Positions 43,709-54,715 of a DNA stretch of 64,000 nucleotides are shown here, piece after piece. The notes under the pieces were generated by a model. The model ran no database searches. It was not told where the DNA came from and saw only the letters and a list, made by a program, of their open reading frames with translations. Both the position numbers and the translations under genes were made by a program. The DNA comes from Oscillospiraceae bacterium (GTDB lineage Bacteria > Bacillota > Clostridia > Oscillospirales > Ruminococcaceae), in NCBI GenBank assembly GCA_017532085.1, contig JAFXJT010000010.1:7057-71056 (forward strand). Direction: 5' to 3'. The stretch's first letter is position 1, and each line of letters starts with the position of its first letter.

Positions 43709-43882
43709 ACATAGCAGCCTCCACATTCTGATTTCTTTCAACTTTATTATTATAACACATTCTTTGAGAAATGTCACGTGTTTTGTAAAAAAACGGCAGC
43801 TGCCGTTTCGGTTGCAGCACGCCTCTTGCAATTTTTGCGAAATTATGGTATACTTTCGTAGAGCAAAGAAAGGAGCTTTGTT

Positions 43883-44425
43883 ATGGCAAGATATCAAACT
43901 CGTGATGAACAACAGCGCAGTATGCGCGCCCTTATAAAGCCATTGCTGATTACCGGTGCAGTCCTGATCGTCATCGTACTCGGTGTTCTCTGGCTGGTGG
44001 ATTTCATTCTCGGACAACAGATTACAATCGAACGAGATCAGTTTACCGAACTTGCAATCCGACAAATGGAAGCGGAATACCATTTCGATCCGGGAGATGC
44101 CCTGATCCCGCTCTATACCTTTGAACAAGGGACTGAGGAAAGCCGGGAACAATATGAAGGCATTGTGCTGAAAATGAATGCCGATATCGCAGAAGTACTC
44201 ACCGATTGCTTCGGACTGAATCCCGATGGTGAGGTCTATTTGAATATATACAATAATTATCAGGACTATTTCGTAGATAAAGCCTATCATGGCTATACCG
44301 AAACCGTTTATACCGCACAGGGGAAAGCCAAAGCCATTCGCTTTACCCTGAAGGATTCGGCATACATCTACTATTTCTATGAGGAAGATCAGGTGCCCTA
44401 TTTGATGGCACGCAAACTCGATTAA
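43883..44425 (+). CDS. hypothetical membrane-anchored protein
   Basis: 180 aa with one N-terminal TM segment (LLITGAVLIVIVLGVLWLV). SD GAAAGGAG is upstream, and a TTGCAA-17-TATACT promoter lies further upstream. No family was recognised. Confidence 0.6.
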   Translation: MARYQTRDEQQRSMRALIKPLLITGAVLIVIVLGVLWLVDFILGQQITIERDQFTELAIRQMEAEYHFDPGDALIPLYTFEQGTEESREQYEGIVLKMNADIAEVLTDCFGLNPDGEVYLNIYNNYQDYFVDKAYHGYTETVYTAQGKAKAIRFTLKDSAYIYYFYEEDQVPYLMARKLD

Positions 44426-44471
44426 GACAGCAATCCCTGCCCTTTCTGCCTTGTGTTTTGTCAACAGGCAA

Positions 44472-44495
44472 CAAAAAAGACGGCATATGCCGTCT
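44472..44495 (-). terminator. intrinsic terminator (minus-strand polarity)
   Basis: The palindrome AGACGGCATATGCCGTCT is followed by TTTTTT on the minus strand. On the plus strand it is followed only by GAAAAT. Confidence 0.65.
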
Positions 44496-44721
44496 GAAAA
44501 TGGGGGGGACTGAATGTATGAAAACGTATACCTGCTGCACAAGCGGATATACGGGATTGTTATTGCCCCCCTGCCAAGCCGTTGCCGCAATCCACTAAAT
44601 GCTGCCGCAGCAGTTTGGCAGGGGAGCAACATGAAAAAAGGGGGATCGGGAGCAGCGTGAGCCTCCCTACGGAGAAAATTACAATATCAATGTGTCTGCC
44701 TGCCGTTTCCGGCACGGATGC

Positions 44722-44970
44722 TCAGTGCACAGGATGATACAGGAATCGATCGATGGCTGTGACAAGCTGAGAAACCTGTGCGGTATCCGCAGTCTCCACA
44801 ACCAGCTGAACAGGCTGTTCACGATCCAGCGTGAAAATACCCATCAGTGATTTTGCATCCACAGCATAATTGCCGACAGTCAGCTGTGCTTCAAAAGGAA
44901 ACCGTCCCATGATGTTTACAAACTCGGTGACGTCAGAAATTTCAGGAAGTAATACTGCCAAAGTAGACAT
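44722..44970 (-). CDS. HPr-like domain protein lacking the canonical His15 region
   Basis: 82 aa. VDAKSLMGIFTLDREQPVQLVVETADTAQVSQLVTAIDRFL matches the C-terminal two thirds of HPr. The N-terminal GLHARPA segment is absent. SD AGAGAGG is upstream. Confidence 0.65.
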   Translation of the reverse strand: MSTLAVLLPEISDVTEFVNIMGRFPFEAQLTVGNYAVDAKSLMGIFTLDREQPVQLVVETADTAQVSQLVTAIDRFLYHPVH

Positions 44971-45273
44971 AATCGTAACCTCTCTTTACCGTCGCTTTCC
45001 AAAGAAAACGGGAAATGATAATCCGCAATCTGCGAAATCCTGTCGCTGCATGGTTGTGATTGCCCGCTTCTTCTTTTGCGAGCAGAGGTTATTCTGTGCT
45101 GTTCTGTGCTTATCATAACATTGCTTTTTCGATTTGTCAAGCAAAACTGAGTGTTTTCGGACATTTGACTCAATTTTGCGATTCCTTTCAAAATCTTTTT
45201 CACACTCCCGACATCTAGTGCACGTTGCACAGGATAGGAGTGTAAAATTTGTGCATATTGCACAGGAGGACAT

Positions 45274-46590
45274 ATGGAATTCAAAATCATAACCTTTGGC
45301 TGCAAGGTCAATCAGGTAGATTCTGCCGGAATGCAGCAACAGCTTTTGCAATCCGGGATGACCGTTGCCGCAACCATTGCCGAAGCTAACCTTCTGATTG
45401 TCAACAGCTGTGCTGTGACTGCAGAGAGTGTCCGTAAGGCACGACAGGCATTGCGATCTTTGCGGCGAAAGAATCCGGATGCCTTGCTTTTGCTATGCGG
45501 CTGCTGGCCGCAGGCGTTCCCCGAAGACACCTTCGAGGATGCAGATCTGATCTTAGGCACTAATCAAAGAGAACGGATTCCTGCTTTGGTGCAGGCATGG
45601 GCAGAGGACAAGACGAATTCCGATTCCCAATATGCTGTTCTTGACTACCGGCTGCAGGGCGGAGAACCCTTTTCCTCCCTGCCCTGTGCAGATACCACAC
45701 GTACCAGAGCATTTTTGAAGATTCAAGAGGGCTGCAATCAGTTTTGCAGCTATTGCATCATCCCCTTTGCTCGAGGCAGATGCCGTTCCATGCCGCCTCA
45801 GCGGCTTGCCGAAGAAGCAGCCGAGCTTGCAGCCCAAGGATTTCGTGAAATTGTGCTGACCGGTATTAACCTCGGATTTTACGGCTTGGATACAGGACAC
45901 TCTCTGGAGGACGCTGTGGAATGCTGTGCGGCACAAGAAGGCATTCTGCGGGTACGGCTGGGATCGTTGGAGCCCGAACGCATGACCGAAGCACAATTGA
46001 AGCGTCTCGCTGCCTGTGAAAAATTCTGTCCGCAGTTTCATCTTTCTCTGCAAAGCGGCTCAGATGCCGTGCTGCGGCGTATGAACCGTCGGTATACCAG
46101 CGATGCCTATCGTCAGCTGGTGCAGACCATCCACAGCGTGTTTCCTCATGCAGCTGTCACCACCGATGTCATCGTAGGCTTTCCGGGAGAAACCGAGGAG
46201 GATTTTGCACAAACTCTGGCATTTGTTGAGGAAATGCGCTTTGCAAAAGTACATGTATTCCCCTATTCCCCACGTGAGGGCACTAAAGCCGCTGCTTTCC
46301 CCGATCAGCTTCCCCAATGGATCAAAAACCAACGCTGCCAGAGACTCACTGCTCTTGCGGATTTCCTGCGCCGACAATGCCTTGCCGCCTTTGTCGGGCA
46401 GACGCTTCCGGTGCTTGTGGAGGGAAAGAAACAGCAAAATGCACAGAGCTTTCTGCAAGGACATACGCCGGACGGTACACTTGTGAAAATTTTCTCAGAA
46501 AATATCGAAAAAGGTTTGCAGAATTCTGTAATCTGTGTTACAATAGAATCGTATGCGGATGACTGCTGTATCGGTCATGCCGCGCTCTGA
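45274..46590 (+). CDS. mtaB: tRNA (N6-threonylcarbamoyladenosine37-C2)-methylthiotransferase MtaB (radical SAM)
   Basis: FKIITFGCKVNQVDS and IQEGCNQFCSYCIIPFARGRCRS (CxxxCxxC) are present, with a TRAM-like C-terminus. Confidence 0.88.
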   Translation: MEFKIITFGCKVNQVDSAGMQQQLLQSGMTVAATIAEANLLIVNSCAVTAESVRKARQALRSLRRKNPDALLLLCGCWPQAFPEDTFEDADLILGTNQRERIPALVQAWAEDKTNSDSQYAVLDYRLQGGEPFSSLPCADTTRTRAFLKIQEGCNQFCSYCIIPFARGRCRSMPPQRLAEEAAELAAQGFREIVLTGINLGFYGLDTGHSLEDAVECCAAQEGILRVRLGSLEPERMTEAQLKRLAACEKFCPQFHLSLQSGSDAVLRRMNRRYTSDAYRQLVQTIHSVFPHAAVTTDVIVGFPGETEEDFAQTLAFVEEMRFAKVHVFPYSPREGTKAAAFPDQLPQWIKNQRCQRLTALADFLRRQCLAAFVGQTLPVLVEGKKQQNAQSFLQGHTPDGTLVKIFSENIEKGLQNSVICVTIESYADDCCIGHAAL

Positions 46591-46617
46591 TTTCAAACAT
46601 GGAGGTTGATTGTTGTT

Positions 46618-49600
46618 ATGCCAGTTTTTCGCATCTATACCGAAAAGAAGCCTCAGTTTGCCGTAGAAGCACAGTCTGTACTTGCAGATCTGCGCACGGC
46701 ACTTCGCTTGAATGTGGTGAGCATCCGTGTGCTCAACCGCTATGATGCAGACCAGATCGCTGAGGAAGATTTCCTGCGTGCCATTCCCACAGTGTTTTCT
46801 GAGCCTGCCGTGGATTATGTGTATGAAAAACTGCCGATGCTCTCCAATCAGGAGCGTATTTTTGCAGTAGAGTATCTGCCCGGTCAGTTTGACCAGCGTG
46901 CCGACTCCTGTGAACAGTGTATTCAGATTCTCAACGGTAAAGAACGCTGTCGTGTTCGCAATGCCAGAGTTTATATTGTATCCGGTGCCATCACCGATGC
47001 AGAATTCGATCGTCTCAAGAGTTATCTGATCAACCCCGTGGAAAGCCGAGAGGCTTCTCTGGATCCTGTGGATACTCTGGATACCAATTATGAGATCCCC
47101 ACCACCGTCAAAACGCTGGAAGGCTTCTGTGCGCTGGATACCGAAGGGCTGCGTGCCTTTTTGAATGAATATGCACTGGCGATGGATCTGGACGATATTA
47201 CCTTCTGTCAGTCCTATTTCCGTGATACAGAGCATCGTGATCCCACCATTACCGAGATCCGTATGATTGATACCTATTGGAGCGATCACTGCCGCCATAC
47301 TACCTTCCTGACCACCATTGATCATGTGGATGTGGAAACCCCCTATATCCGGGAAACCTTCGAGGACTATCTGCGGATCCGCAAAGAACTGGGCAGAGAA
47401 GCAAAGCCTGTCACATTGATGGATATGGCTACCATGGCAATGCGCAAGCTCAAGGCAGATGGCAAAATCCCTGCACTGGATGAAAGTGAAGAGATCAATG
47501 CCTGCTCCGTGAAGATCAAGGTGGATACCGATACCGGTACCGAAGACTGGATCCTCATGTTCAAAAATGAAACACACAATCACCCCACCGAAATCGAACC
47601 CTTTGGCGGTGCTGCAACCTGTCTGGGCGGAGCCATCCGTGATCCGCTTTCCGGCAGAAGCTATGTCTATCAGGCAATGCGTGTCACAGGCGCTGCCAAT
47701 CCGCTGGTGCCTGTGGATGATACGATGCCCGGCAAGCTGCCTCAGCGTAAGATTACTGTCGGTGCTGCCAATGGTTATAGCTCCTATGGCAACCAGATCG
47801 GTCTGGCAACCGGTCATGTAGCGGAAATCTATCATCCCGGCTATGTGGCAAAGCGTATGGAAATCGGTGCGGTAGTAGGTGCTGCTCCTGCCGAGAACAT
47901 CCGCCGCGAGGCACCTGTGCCCGGCGATGTGGTCATTCTGCTGGGCGGCAAAACCGGCCGTGATGGCTGCGGCGGTGCAACCGGTTCTTCGAAATCCCAC
48001 ACACTGGAATCTTTGACGCACTGCGGTGCCGAGGTGCAAAAGGGCAACGCACCCGAAGAACGTAAACTCCAGCGTCTGTTCCGCGATCCTGCAGTGACCC
48101 GTCTTATTAAGCGATGCAACGACTTTGGTGCCGGCGGCGTTTCTGTTGCCATCGGAGAATTGACCGATGGTCTGGAAATTGATCTGAACGCCGTGCCCAG
48201 AAAATATGACGGCCTGGACGGCACAGAGCTTGCGATCTCCGAATCACAGGAGCGTATGGCTGTCGTAGTGGCTGCCGAGGATGTGGATGCCTTCATGGAT
48301 GCTGCCGCTGCGGAAAATCTGCTGGCAACTGTGGTGGCAAAAGCAACCGATACCAATCGCCTGCAAATGCAGTGGAATGGCAAGACCATCGTAGATCTTT
48401 CCCGTGAATTCCTTAACTCCAACGGTGCTGAAAAGCATACCGATATCATTGCAGCAAAGCCCAAGGCCGCTGCACCCACGCTCTATGAGGATACCCCCGA
48501 GGGCTGGAAAGAGCTGATGTCCCATCTGAATGTATGCTCGCAGAAGGGTCTTGTGGAAAAATTCGATGCTACCATCGGTGCCGGCACAGTGCTCATGCCC
48601 TTCGGCGGCATCTATCAGCTGACACCTACGCAAGCAATGGCTGCCAAGATTCCGGTGCTCAAGGGCGATACTTCCACCTGCTCCGTTATGGCGTATGGAT
48701 TCCATCCGGGCATCTCTGAACAGTCTCCTTATCACGGCGCTATGCAAGCTGTGATCGAGTCTATCGCTAAGGTGATCGCTGCAGGCGGTTCCTGGCATCA
48801 GTGCTGGCTCACCTTCCAGGAATATTTCGAGCGTACACAGAATAATCCTGCACGCTGGGGCAAGCCGTTCTCGGCTCTGCTGGGCGCATTCAAGGCACAG
48901 CTCGAGCTTTCCTGCGCTTCCATCGGCGGCAAGGATTCCATGTCCGGTACCTTTGAAAATGTAGATGTTCCGCCTACCTTGGTATCCTTTGCAGTATCTG
49001 TGGCAGATACCAAGCGTGTTCTGTCCACCGAGTTCAAGGATGCCGGCGATACCGTTATCCGTATGGCACCGGTCTATGACAGCAATGGTCTGCCGGATTG
49101 GGACAGTGTCAGAAGCTGCTTCGATCGTGTGGAAGCCCTGATCTCCGAGGGCCGTGCCAAAGCAATCTGGACTGTCACCGGCGGCGGTATTGCTGAGGGT
49201 ATTGCCAAAATGTGCTTTGGCAACCATATCGGCTTTGAGTTTACTCAAACCTTGCCCGAACAGATTTTGTTTGCTCCCTTCACCGGCTCCTTCCTCATCG
49301 AGCTGAACGGTCCTGCCAAAGCCGATGAAGAAGTCATCGGCCGCACCACCGAGCATTATAAGATCTTCAGTGATTCCTATACCATCAGTCTGGATACGCT
49401 CCAGAAAGCTTGGGAAGGCAAGCTGGAATCGGTATTCCCCTGCCGTATCAAAACCGAATTTGCTACCATTGAAGCCTATTCCTTTGAGGCAGAACGCCGC
49501 GCAGCTTCCAAGATCAAATATGCCAAGCCTCGTGTGCTGATTCCTGTGTTCCCCGGCACCAACTGTGAATATGATACCGCTCGTGCCTTTGCCCGTGCAG

Positions 49601-50325
49601 GTGCCGAGCCGGAAGTGCTGGTCATCCGCAATCTGTCTGCTGCTGCCATCGAAGAATCCGTAGAAGCAGCGGTCAAAGCCATCTCCAATGCACAGATGAT
49701 CATGCTGCCCGGCGGCTTCTCCGGTGGCGATGAGCCCGATGGCTCCGGTAAATTCATTACCGCATTCTTCCGCAATCCCAGAGTGGCTGAGGCGGTTCAT
49801 AAGCTGCTTCAGCAGCGTGATGGTCTGATGCTGGGTATCTGCAACGGCTTCCAGGCATTGGTCAAGCTGGGCCTGGTACCCTATGGTGAGATCACCGAAA
49901 TGAGCGATAATTCCCCTACATTGACCTTCAACACCATTGCCCGTCACCAAAGCATGATGGTCACAACGAGAATTGCTTCCAACAAATCTCCTTGGCTTGC
50001 AGCCTGCAATCCGGATGATCTGCACACGGTTGCGATTTCTCACGGCGAGGGACGCTTCATTGCTCCTGCATCTTTGCTGCGCCGTATGGCAAACAATGGC
50101 CAGATTGCTACGCAATATGTGGATCTTTCGGGTCGTCCCACAATGGATATCCGCTTCAATCCCAACAGCTCCGTCGATGCCATTGAGGGTATTACCTCTC
50201 CGGATGGCAGAGTGCTGGGCAAGATGGGTCACAGCGAGCGTATGGGCACACAGGTCTGCAAGAATGTACCCGGCGAAAAGGATCAGAAGATCTTTGAAAG
50301 CGGTGTGCGCTATTTCGCAGATTGA
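46618..50325 (+). CDS. purL: phosphoribosylformylglycinamidine synthase (single-chain large PurL)
   Basis: About 1235 aa. ETHNHPTEIEPFGGAATCLGGAIRD is present, and the C-terminal GATase reads LGICNGFQALVKLG...ISHGEGRF. ATG 46618 is preferred over TTG 46606, which abuts the SD. Confidence 0.95.
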   Translation: MPVFRIYTEKKPQFAVEAQSVLADLRTALRLNVVSIRVLNRYDADQIAEEDFLRAIPTVFSEPAVDYVYEKLPMLSNQERIFAVEYLPGQFDQRADSCEQCIQILNGKERCRVRNARVYIVSGAITDAEFDRLKSYLINPVESREASLDPVDTLDTNYEIPTTVKTLEGFCALDTEGLRAFLNEYALAMDLDDITFCQSYFRDTEHRDPTITEIRMIDTYWSDHCRHTTFLTTIDHVDVETPYIRETFEDYLRIRKELGREAKPVTLMDMATMAMRKLKADGKIPALDESEEINACSVKIKVDTDTGTEDWILMFKNETHNHPTEIEPFGGAATCLGGAIRDPLSGRSYVYQAMRVTGAANPLVPVDDTMPGKLPQRKITVGAANGYSSYGNQIGLATGHVAEIYHPGYVAKRMEIGAVVGAAPAENIRREAPVPGDVVILLGGKTGRDGCGGATGSSKSHTLESLTHCGAEVQKGNAPEERKLQRLFRDPAVTRLIKRCNDFGAGGVSVAIGELTDGLEIDLNAVPRKYDGLDGTELAISESQERMAVVVAAEDVDAFMDAAAAENLLATVVAKATDTNRLQMQWNGKTIVDLSREFLNSNGAEKHTDIIAAKPKAAAPTLYEDTPEGWKELMSHLNVCSQKGLVEKFDATIGAGTVLMPFGGIYQLTPTQAMAAKIPVLKGDTSTCSVMAYGFHPGISEQSPYHGAMQAVIESIAKVIAAGGSWHQCWLTFQEYFERTQNNPARWGKPFSALLGAFKAQLELSCASIGGKDSMSGTFENVDVPPTLVSFAVSVADTKRVLSTEFKDAGDTVIRMAPVYDSNGLPDWDSVRSCFDRVEALISEGRAKAIWTVTGGGIAEGIAKMCFGNHIGFEFTQTLPEQILFAPFTGSFLIELNGPAKADEEVIGRTTEHYKIFSDSYTISLDTLQKAWEGKLESVFPCRIKTEFATIEAYSFEAERRAASKIKYAKPRVLIPVFPGTNCEYDTARAFARAGAEPEVLVIRNLSAAAIEESVEAAVKAISNAQMIMLPGGFSGGDEPDGSGKFITAFFRNPRVAEAVHKLLQQRDGLMLGICNGFQALVKLGLVPYGEITEMSDNSPTLTFNTIARHQSMMVTTRIASNKSPWLAACNPDDLHTVAISHGEGRFIAPASLLRRMANNGQIATQYVDLSGRPTMDIRFNPNSSVDAIEGITSPDGRVLGKMGHSERMGTQVCKNVPGEKDQKIFESGVRYFAD

Positions 50326-50343
50326 TCCCCTTCCCACGATCAT

Positions 50344-50396
50344 AAAAAAACAAACAGCCGCTTCCGAGTATGCTTCGGAGGCGGCTGTTGCCTTTA
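50344..50396. terminator. bidirectional intrinsic terminator between purL and eno
   Basis: CAGCCGCTTCCGAG-tatg-CTTCGGAGGCGGCTG is flanked by an A-run on the left and a T-rich tract on the right. Confidence 0.8.
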
Positions 50397-50416
50397 TCAT
50401 ATGGCTGCGCTTTCTT

Positions 50417-52284
<1,868 letters not shown>

Positions 52285-52369
52285 AGATACCTCCCACATA
52301 AAAGATGAAGGTATCTTTCCCCAAAATCTGCAAATTATGCAATTGGTTTTTGCAGCGAAATTTCCTCTG

Positions 52370-52408
52370 AAAAATAAAAGACGCTTTCGGTTATAAACCG
52401 AAAGCGTC
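52370..52408 (-). terminator. intrinsic terminator after the 36-codon mini-ORF
   Basis: On the minus strand, GACGCTTTCGG-tttataa-CCGAAAGCGTC is followed by TTTTATTTTT. Confidence 0.75.
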
Positions 52409-52445
52409 AAGCTATCCCTCAATTTGTTCCGGAGCCATTATGCAC

Positions 52446-52556
52446 TCAGAACATACATGCAATCATAGTCAGCGTCGAAACCAGCGCTGCAACAGACCAA
52501 CAAAGTACAGCGCGATACCGTTGCAATGTTTGCATTGTGTTGCGGATCGTCTTCAT
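52446..52556 (-). CDS. 36-aa hydrophobic small protein (not in the ORF track)
   Basis: MKTIRNTMQTLQRYRAVLCWSVAALVSTLTMIACMF. A strong SD GGGAGGTGG lies 6 nt before the ATG, and the gene has its own terminator directly downstream. Confidence 0.45.
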   Translation of the reverse strand: MKTIRNTMQTLQRYRAVLCWSVAALVSTLTMIACMF

Positions 52557-52908
52557 AGACATCCACCTCCCCCAAAATGAATCGCTATTTCATCTTTTAT
52601 GGTACAGGCTGATACCCGTGATATCGCCTCACCTCTCTCTAGCAATATCATACCATAGTATTCCACTTATTGTCAACCCCTCTGGATTAATTTTTACAGA
52701 AATTACAAAAGGTAATATTATATCAATGGATCCATTGTGCATTTTTCGACAATTTCCGCCAACGTCCATCAACAAGAAGACACGTATATACGACGTTTTA
52801 CGAGCTTATTTAACAATAATCTTTAACCAAATGCGGCATTCTCGTTTGGAACTGCCGCTTGGGATTACGCTGCTCCGAAATAGCAATATTGTCACACTTT
52901 TTGAAGAC

Positions 52909-52944
52909 ATCAAAAGAACCCCTGCCCACCGGACAGAGGTTCTT
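52909..52944 (-). terminator. intrinsic terminator after scfB
   Basis: On the minus strand, AAGAACCTCTG...CAGGGGTTCTT is followed by TTGATG. Confidence 0.55.
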
Positions 52945-52959
52945 GCACATCAACTTTGC

Positions 52960-54339
52960 TTATGCTTCTTCGGATTCCTTTGCGGCAAAACGAGCAGCCT
53001 GCATCATAATTGCACACTCCAAACGCTTCTGCTGCAGCTTGCAGGAGATGCCATAAGGCTTCAGAATATCGCCTGCATAGAGATAGTTGTTGGCATTACA
53101 GCCGCCGCTGCAATAGAATTTTGCCCAGCACTCACGGCACTCCGGCTTATTGCCCACATGAGCAGCCGCAAATTTCGCTTTCATCTCCGTATCAAAGGAG
53201 CCATCCACCAAGCTGCCCATACGATAGCCCTCCACGCCGACAAACTGATGGCAAGGATAGATATCGCCCTCAGGCGTAATGGCAACGTAATCATTGCCGC
53301 AGCCGCAGCCGCGCAGACGCTTAATGGCGCAAGGACCGTTGTTCAGATCAATGGAAAAATGGAAGAAATTAAACTTTCCGCCTTTTTTCTCGTTTTCGAG
53401 CATACGATTTGCCAATGTTTCATACTCAGCAGCGATGGCAGAAAGCTCCGCCTCGGTCAAGGCATAGGGCATATCGGCAGCCGCCACCACAGGCTCCACC
53501 GAGATCTGATCAAAGCCCTGCTCATAAAGATGGAACACATCCTCAGAAAAATCAAGATTATACTTGGTAAAGGTTCCGCGTACATAATAATCTTTGGTTC
53601 CGCGAAGAGATACCATTTTTCGGAATTTCGGCAGAATATGATCATAGGAGCCTGTCCCATTGGGGCAGGGACGCATTTTATCATGTACTTCTTTTCTGCC
53701 ATCAATGGAAAGCACAACATTGCTCATTTCTTCATTGAGATACTCAATTTTCTCATCATCCAGCAGCATACCGTTGGTGGTCATGGTAAAGCGGAAGCGT
53801 TTGCCGATCTGCTTTTCCATGCTGCGTGCATAGGCAACGATCTCTTTGACGGCATTCCAGCTCATCAACGGCTCACCGCCGAAGAAATCCACCTCAAGAT
53901 TCACACGATCGCCGGAATTGGCAACCAGAAAATCAATGGCTTTTTTTCCCATTTCGGCATCCATGAGCTTTCTGCCCACACCGAAATCACCGGTGGCAGC
54001 AAAGCAATAAGCGCAGCGCAAATTGCAGTCATGAGAAACATGCAGACACAATGCCTTGATCGGAGAAGGCACCGATACTGCACTATATTGTGTAAAGGTA
54101 TCCTCAGAGAACAGCACACCTGCCTCAGAAAGCTCCACGATCTCGCTGTAGCAAGCTTTCAGCTCCTCGATATCATAGGTATCTGCAAGGGCGGCAAGCG
54201 CCTGGGCAGGACATTCTGCGGCAAAGGGCGGTGCAATATAGTCCAATAGCGCATAGGTCATTTCGTCCACCAGATGGACACCGCCGCTATTGACATCCAG
54301 AACAATATTGAACCCATTCAATTGGTATTTATGGATCAT
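52960..54339 (-). CDS. scfB: radical SAM/SPASM thioether-forming SCIFF peptide maturase
   Basis: The radical SAM cluster reads LHVSHDCNLRCAYC. The C-terminal SPASM Cys clusters read CGCGNDYVAITPEGDIYPC...CRECWAKFYCSGGC. It lies immediately downstream of the SCIFF precursor gene. Confidence 0.88.
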   Translation of the reverse strand: MIHKYQLNGFNIVLDVNSGGVHLVDEMTYALLDYIAPPFAAECPAQALAALADTYDIEELKACYSEIVELSEAGVLFSEDTFTQYSAVSVPSPIKALCLHVSHDCNLRCAYCFAATGDFGVGRKLMDAEMGKKAIDFLVANSGDRVNLEVDFFGGEPLMSWNAVKEIVAYARSMEKQIGKRFRFTMTTNGMLLDDEKIEYLNEEMSNVVLSIDGRKEVHDKMRPCPNGTGSYDHILPKFRKMVSLRGTKDYYVRGTFTKYNLDFSEDVFHLYEQGFDQISVEPVVAAADMPYALTEAELSAIAAEYETLANRMLENEKKGGKFNFFHFSIDLNNGPCAIKRLRGCGCGNDYVAITPEGDIYPCHQFVGVEGYRMGSLVDGSFDTEMKAKFAAAHVGNKPECRECWAKFYCSGGCNANNYLYAGDILKPYGISCKLQQKRLECAIMMQAARFAAKESEEA

Positions 54340-54433
54340 CTTCAAGCATCCTTTCAATAAAAAGCGCAAAAGGGACAAAGAATGTCCCTTTTGCATTGGA
54401 TTCCGGTAATAAAAGCTGCCTTATGATGTACAA

Positions 54434-54574
54434 TCAGTCGCGCTCGCACTTCTGGTTGGCAACAGTGCAAGAGGTCTTGCAGGCAGACTGACAGGAAGCC
54501 TGGCACTTGCCGCAGCCGCCCTTCTTAGCGGTAGCAGCCAGCTGAGCCTTGTTAATGGTCTTGATATGCTTCAT
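54434..54574 (-). CDS. scfA: six-cysteine ranthipeptide precursor SCIFF (46 aa; below the ORF-track size cut-off)
   Basis: The minus-strand translation is MKHIKTINKAQLAATAKKGGCGKCQASCQSACKTSCTVANQKCERD. It has six Cys in the SCIFF spacing. SD GGAGGAGA is upstream, with a TTGAAA-17-TATACT promoter further upstream. Confidence 0.9.
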   Translation of the reverse strand: MKHIKTINKAQLAATAKKGGCGKCQASCQSACKTSCTVANQKCERD

Positions 54575-54715
54575 GGTTTCTCCTCCATTCTTAGCGTAAG
54601 TATATGTTCAGTATATCACAAAAGCCATATCTTTTCAAGCATTTTTCCCCTTTTTTCGATTTTTGGGCGTTTTTCACAATCCGCAAGAGGATACCATGTT
54701 TCCTGATATGCAGAT

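Noticed and set aside
43709-44632. The N-terminal 308 codons of the 686-aa track ORF that ends as tgt.
   Set aside because: Tgt homology, the SD and the ATG begin at 43708. The upstream part is antisense to a real + strand gene (43883-44425) and crosses two terminators.
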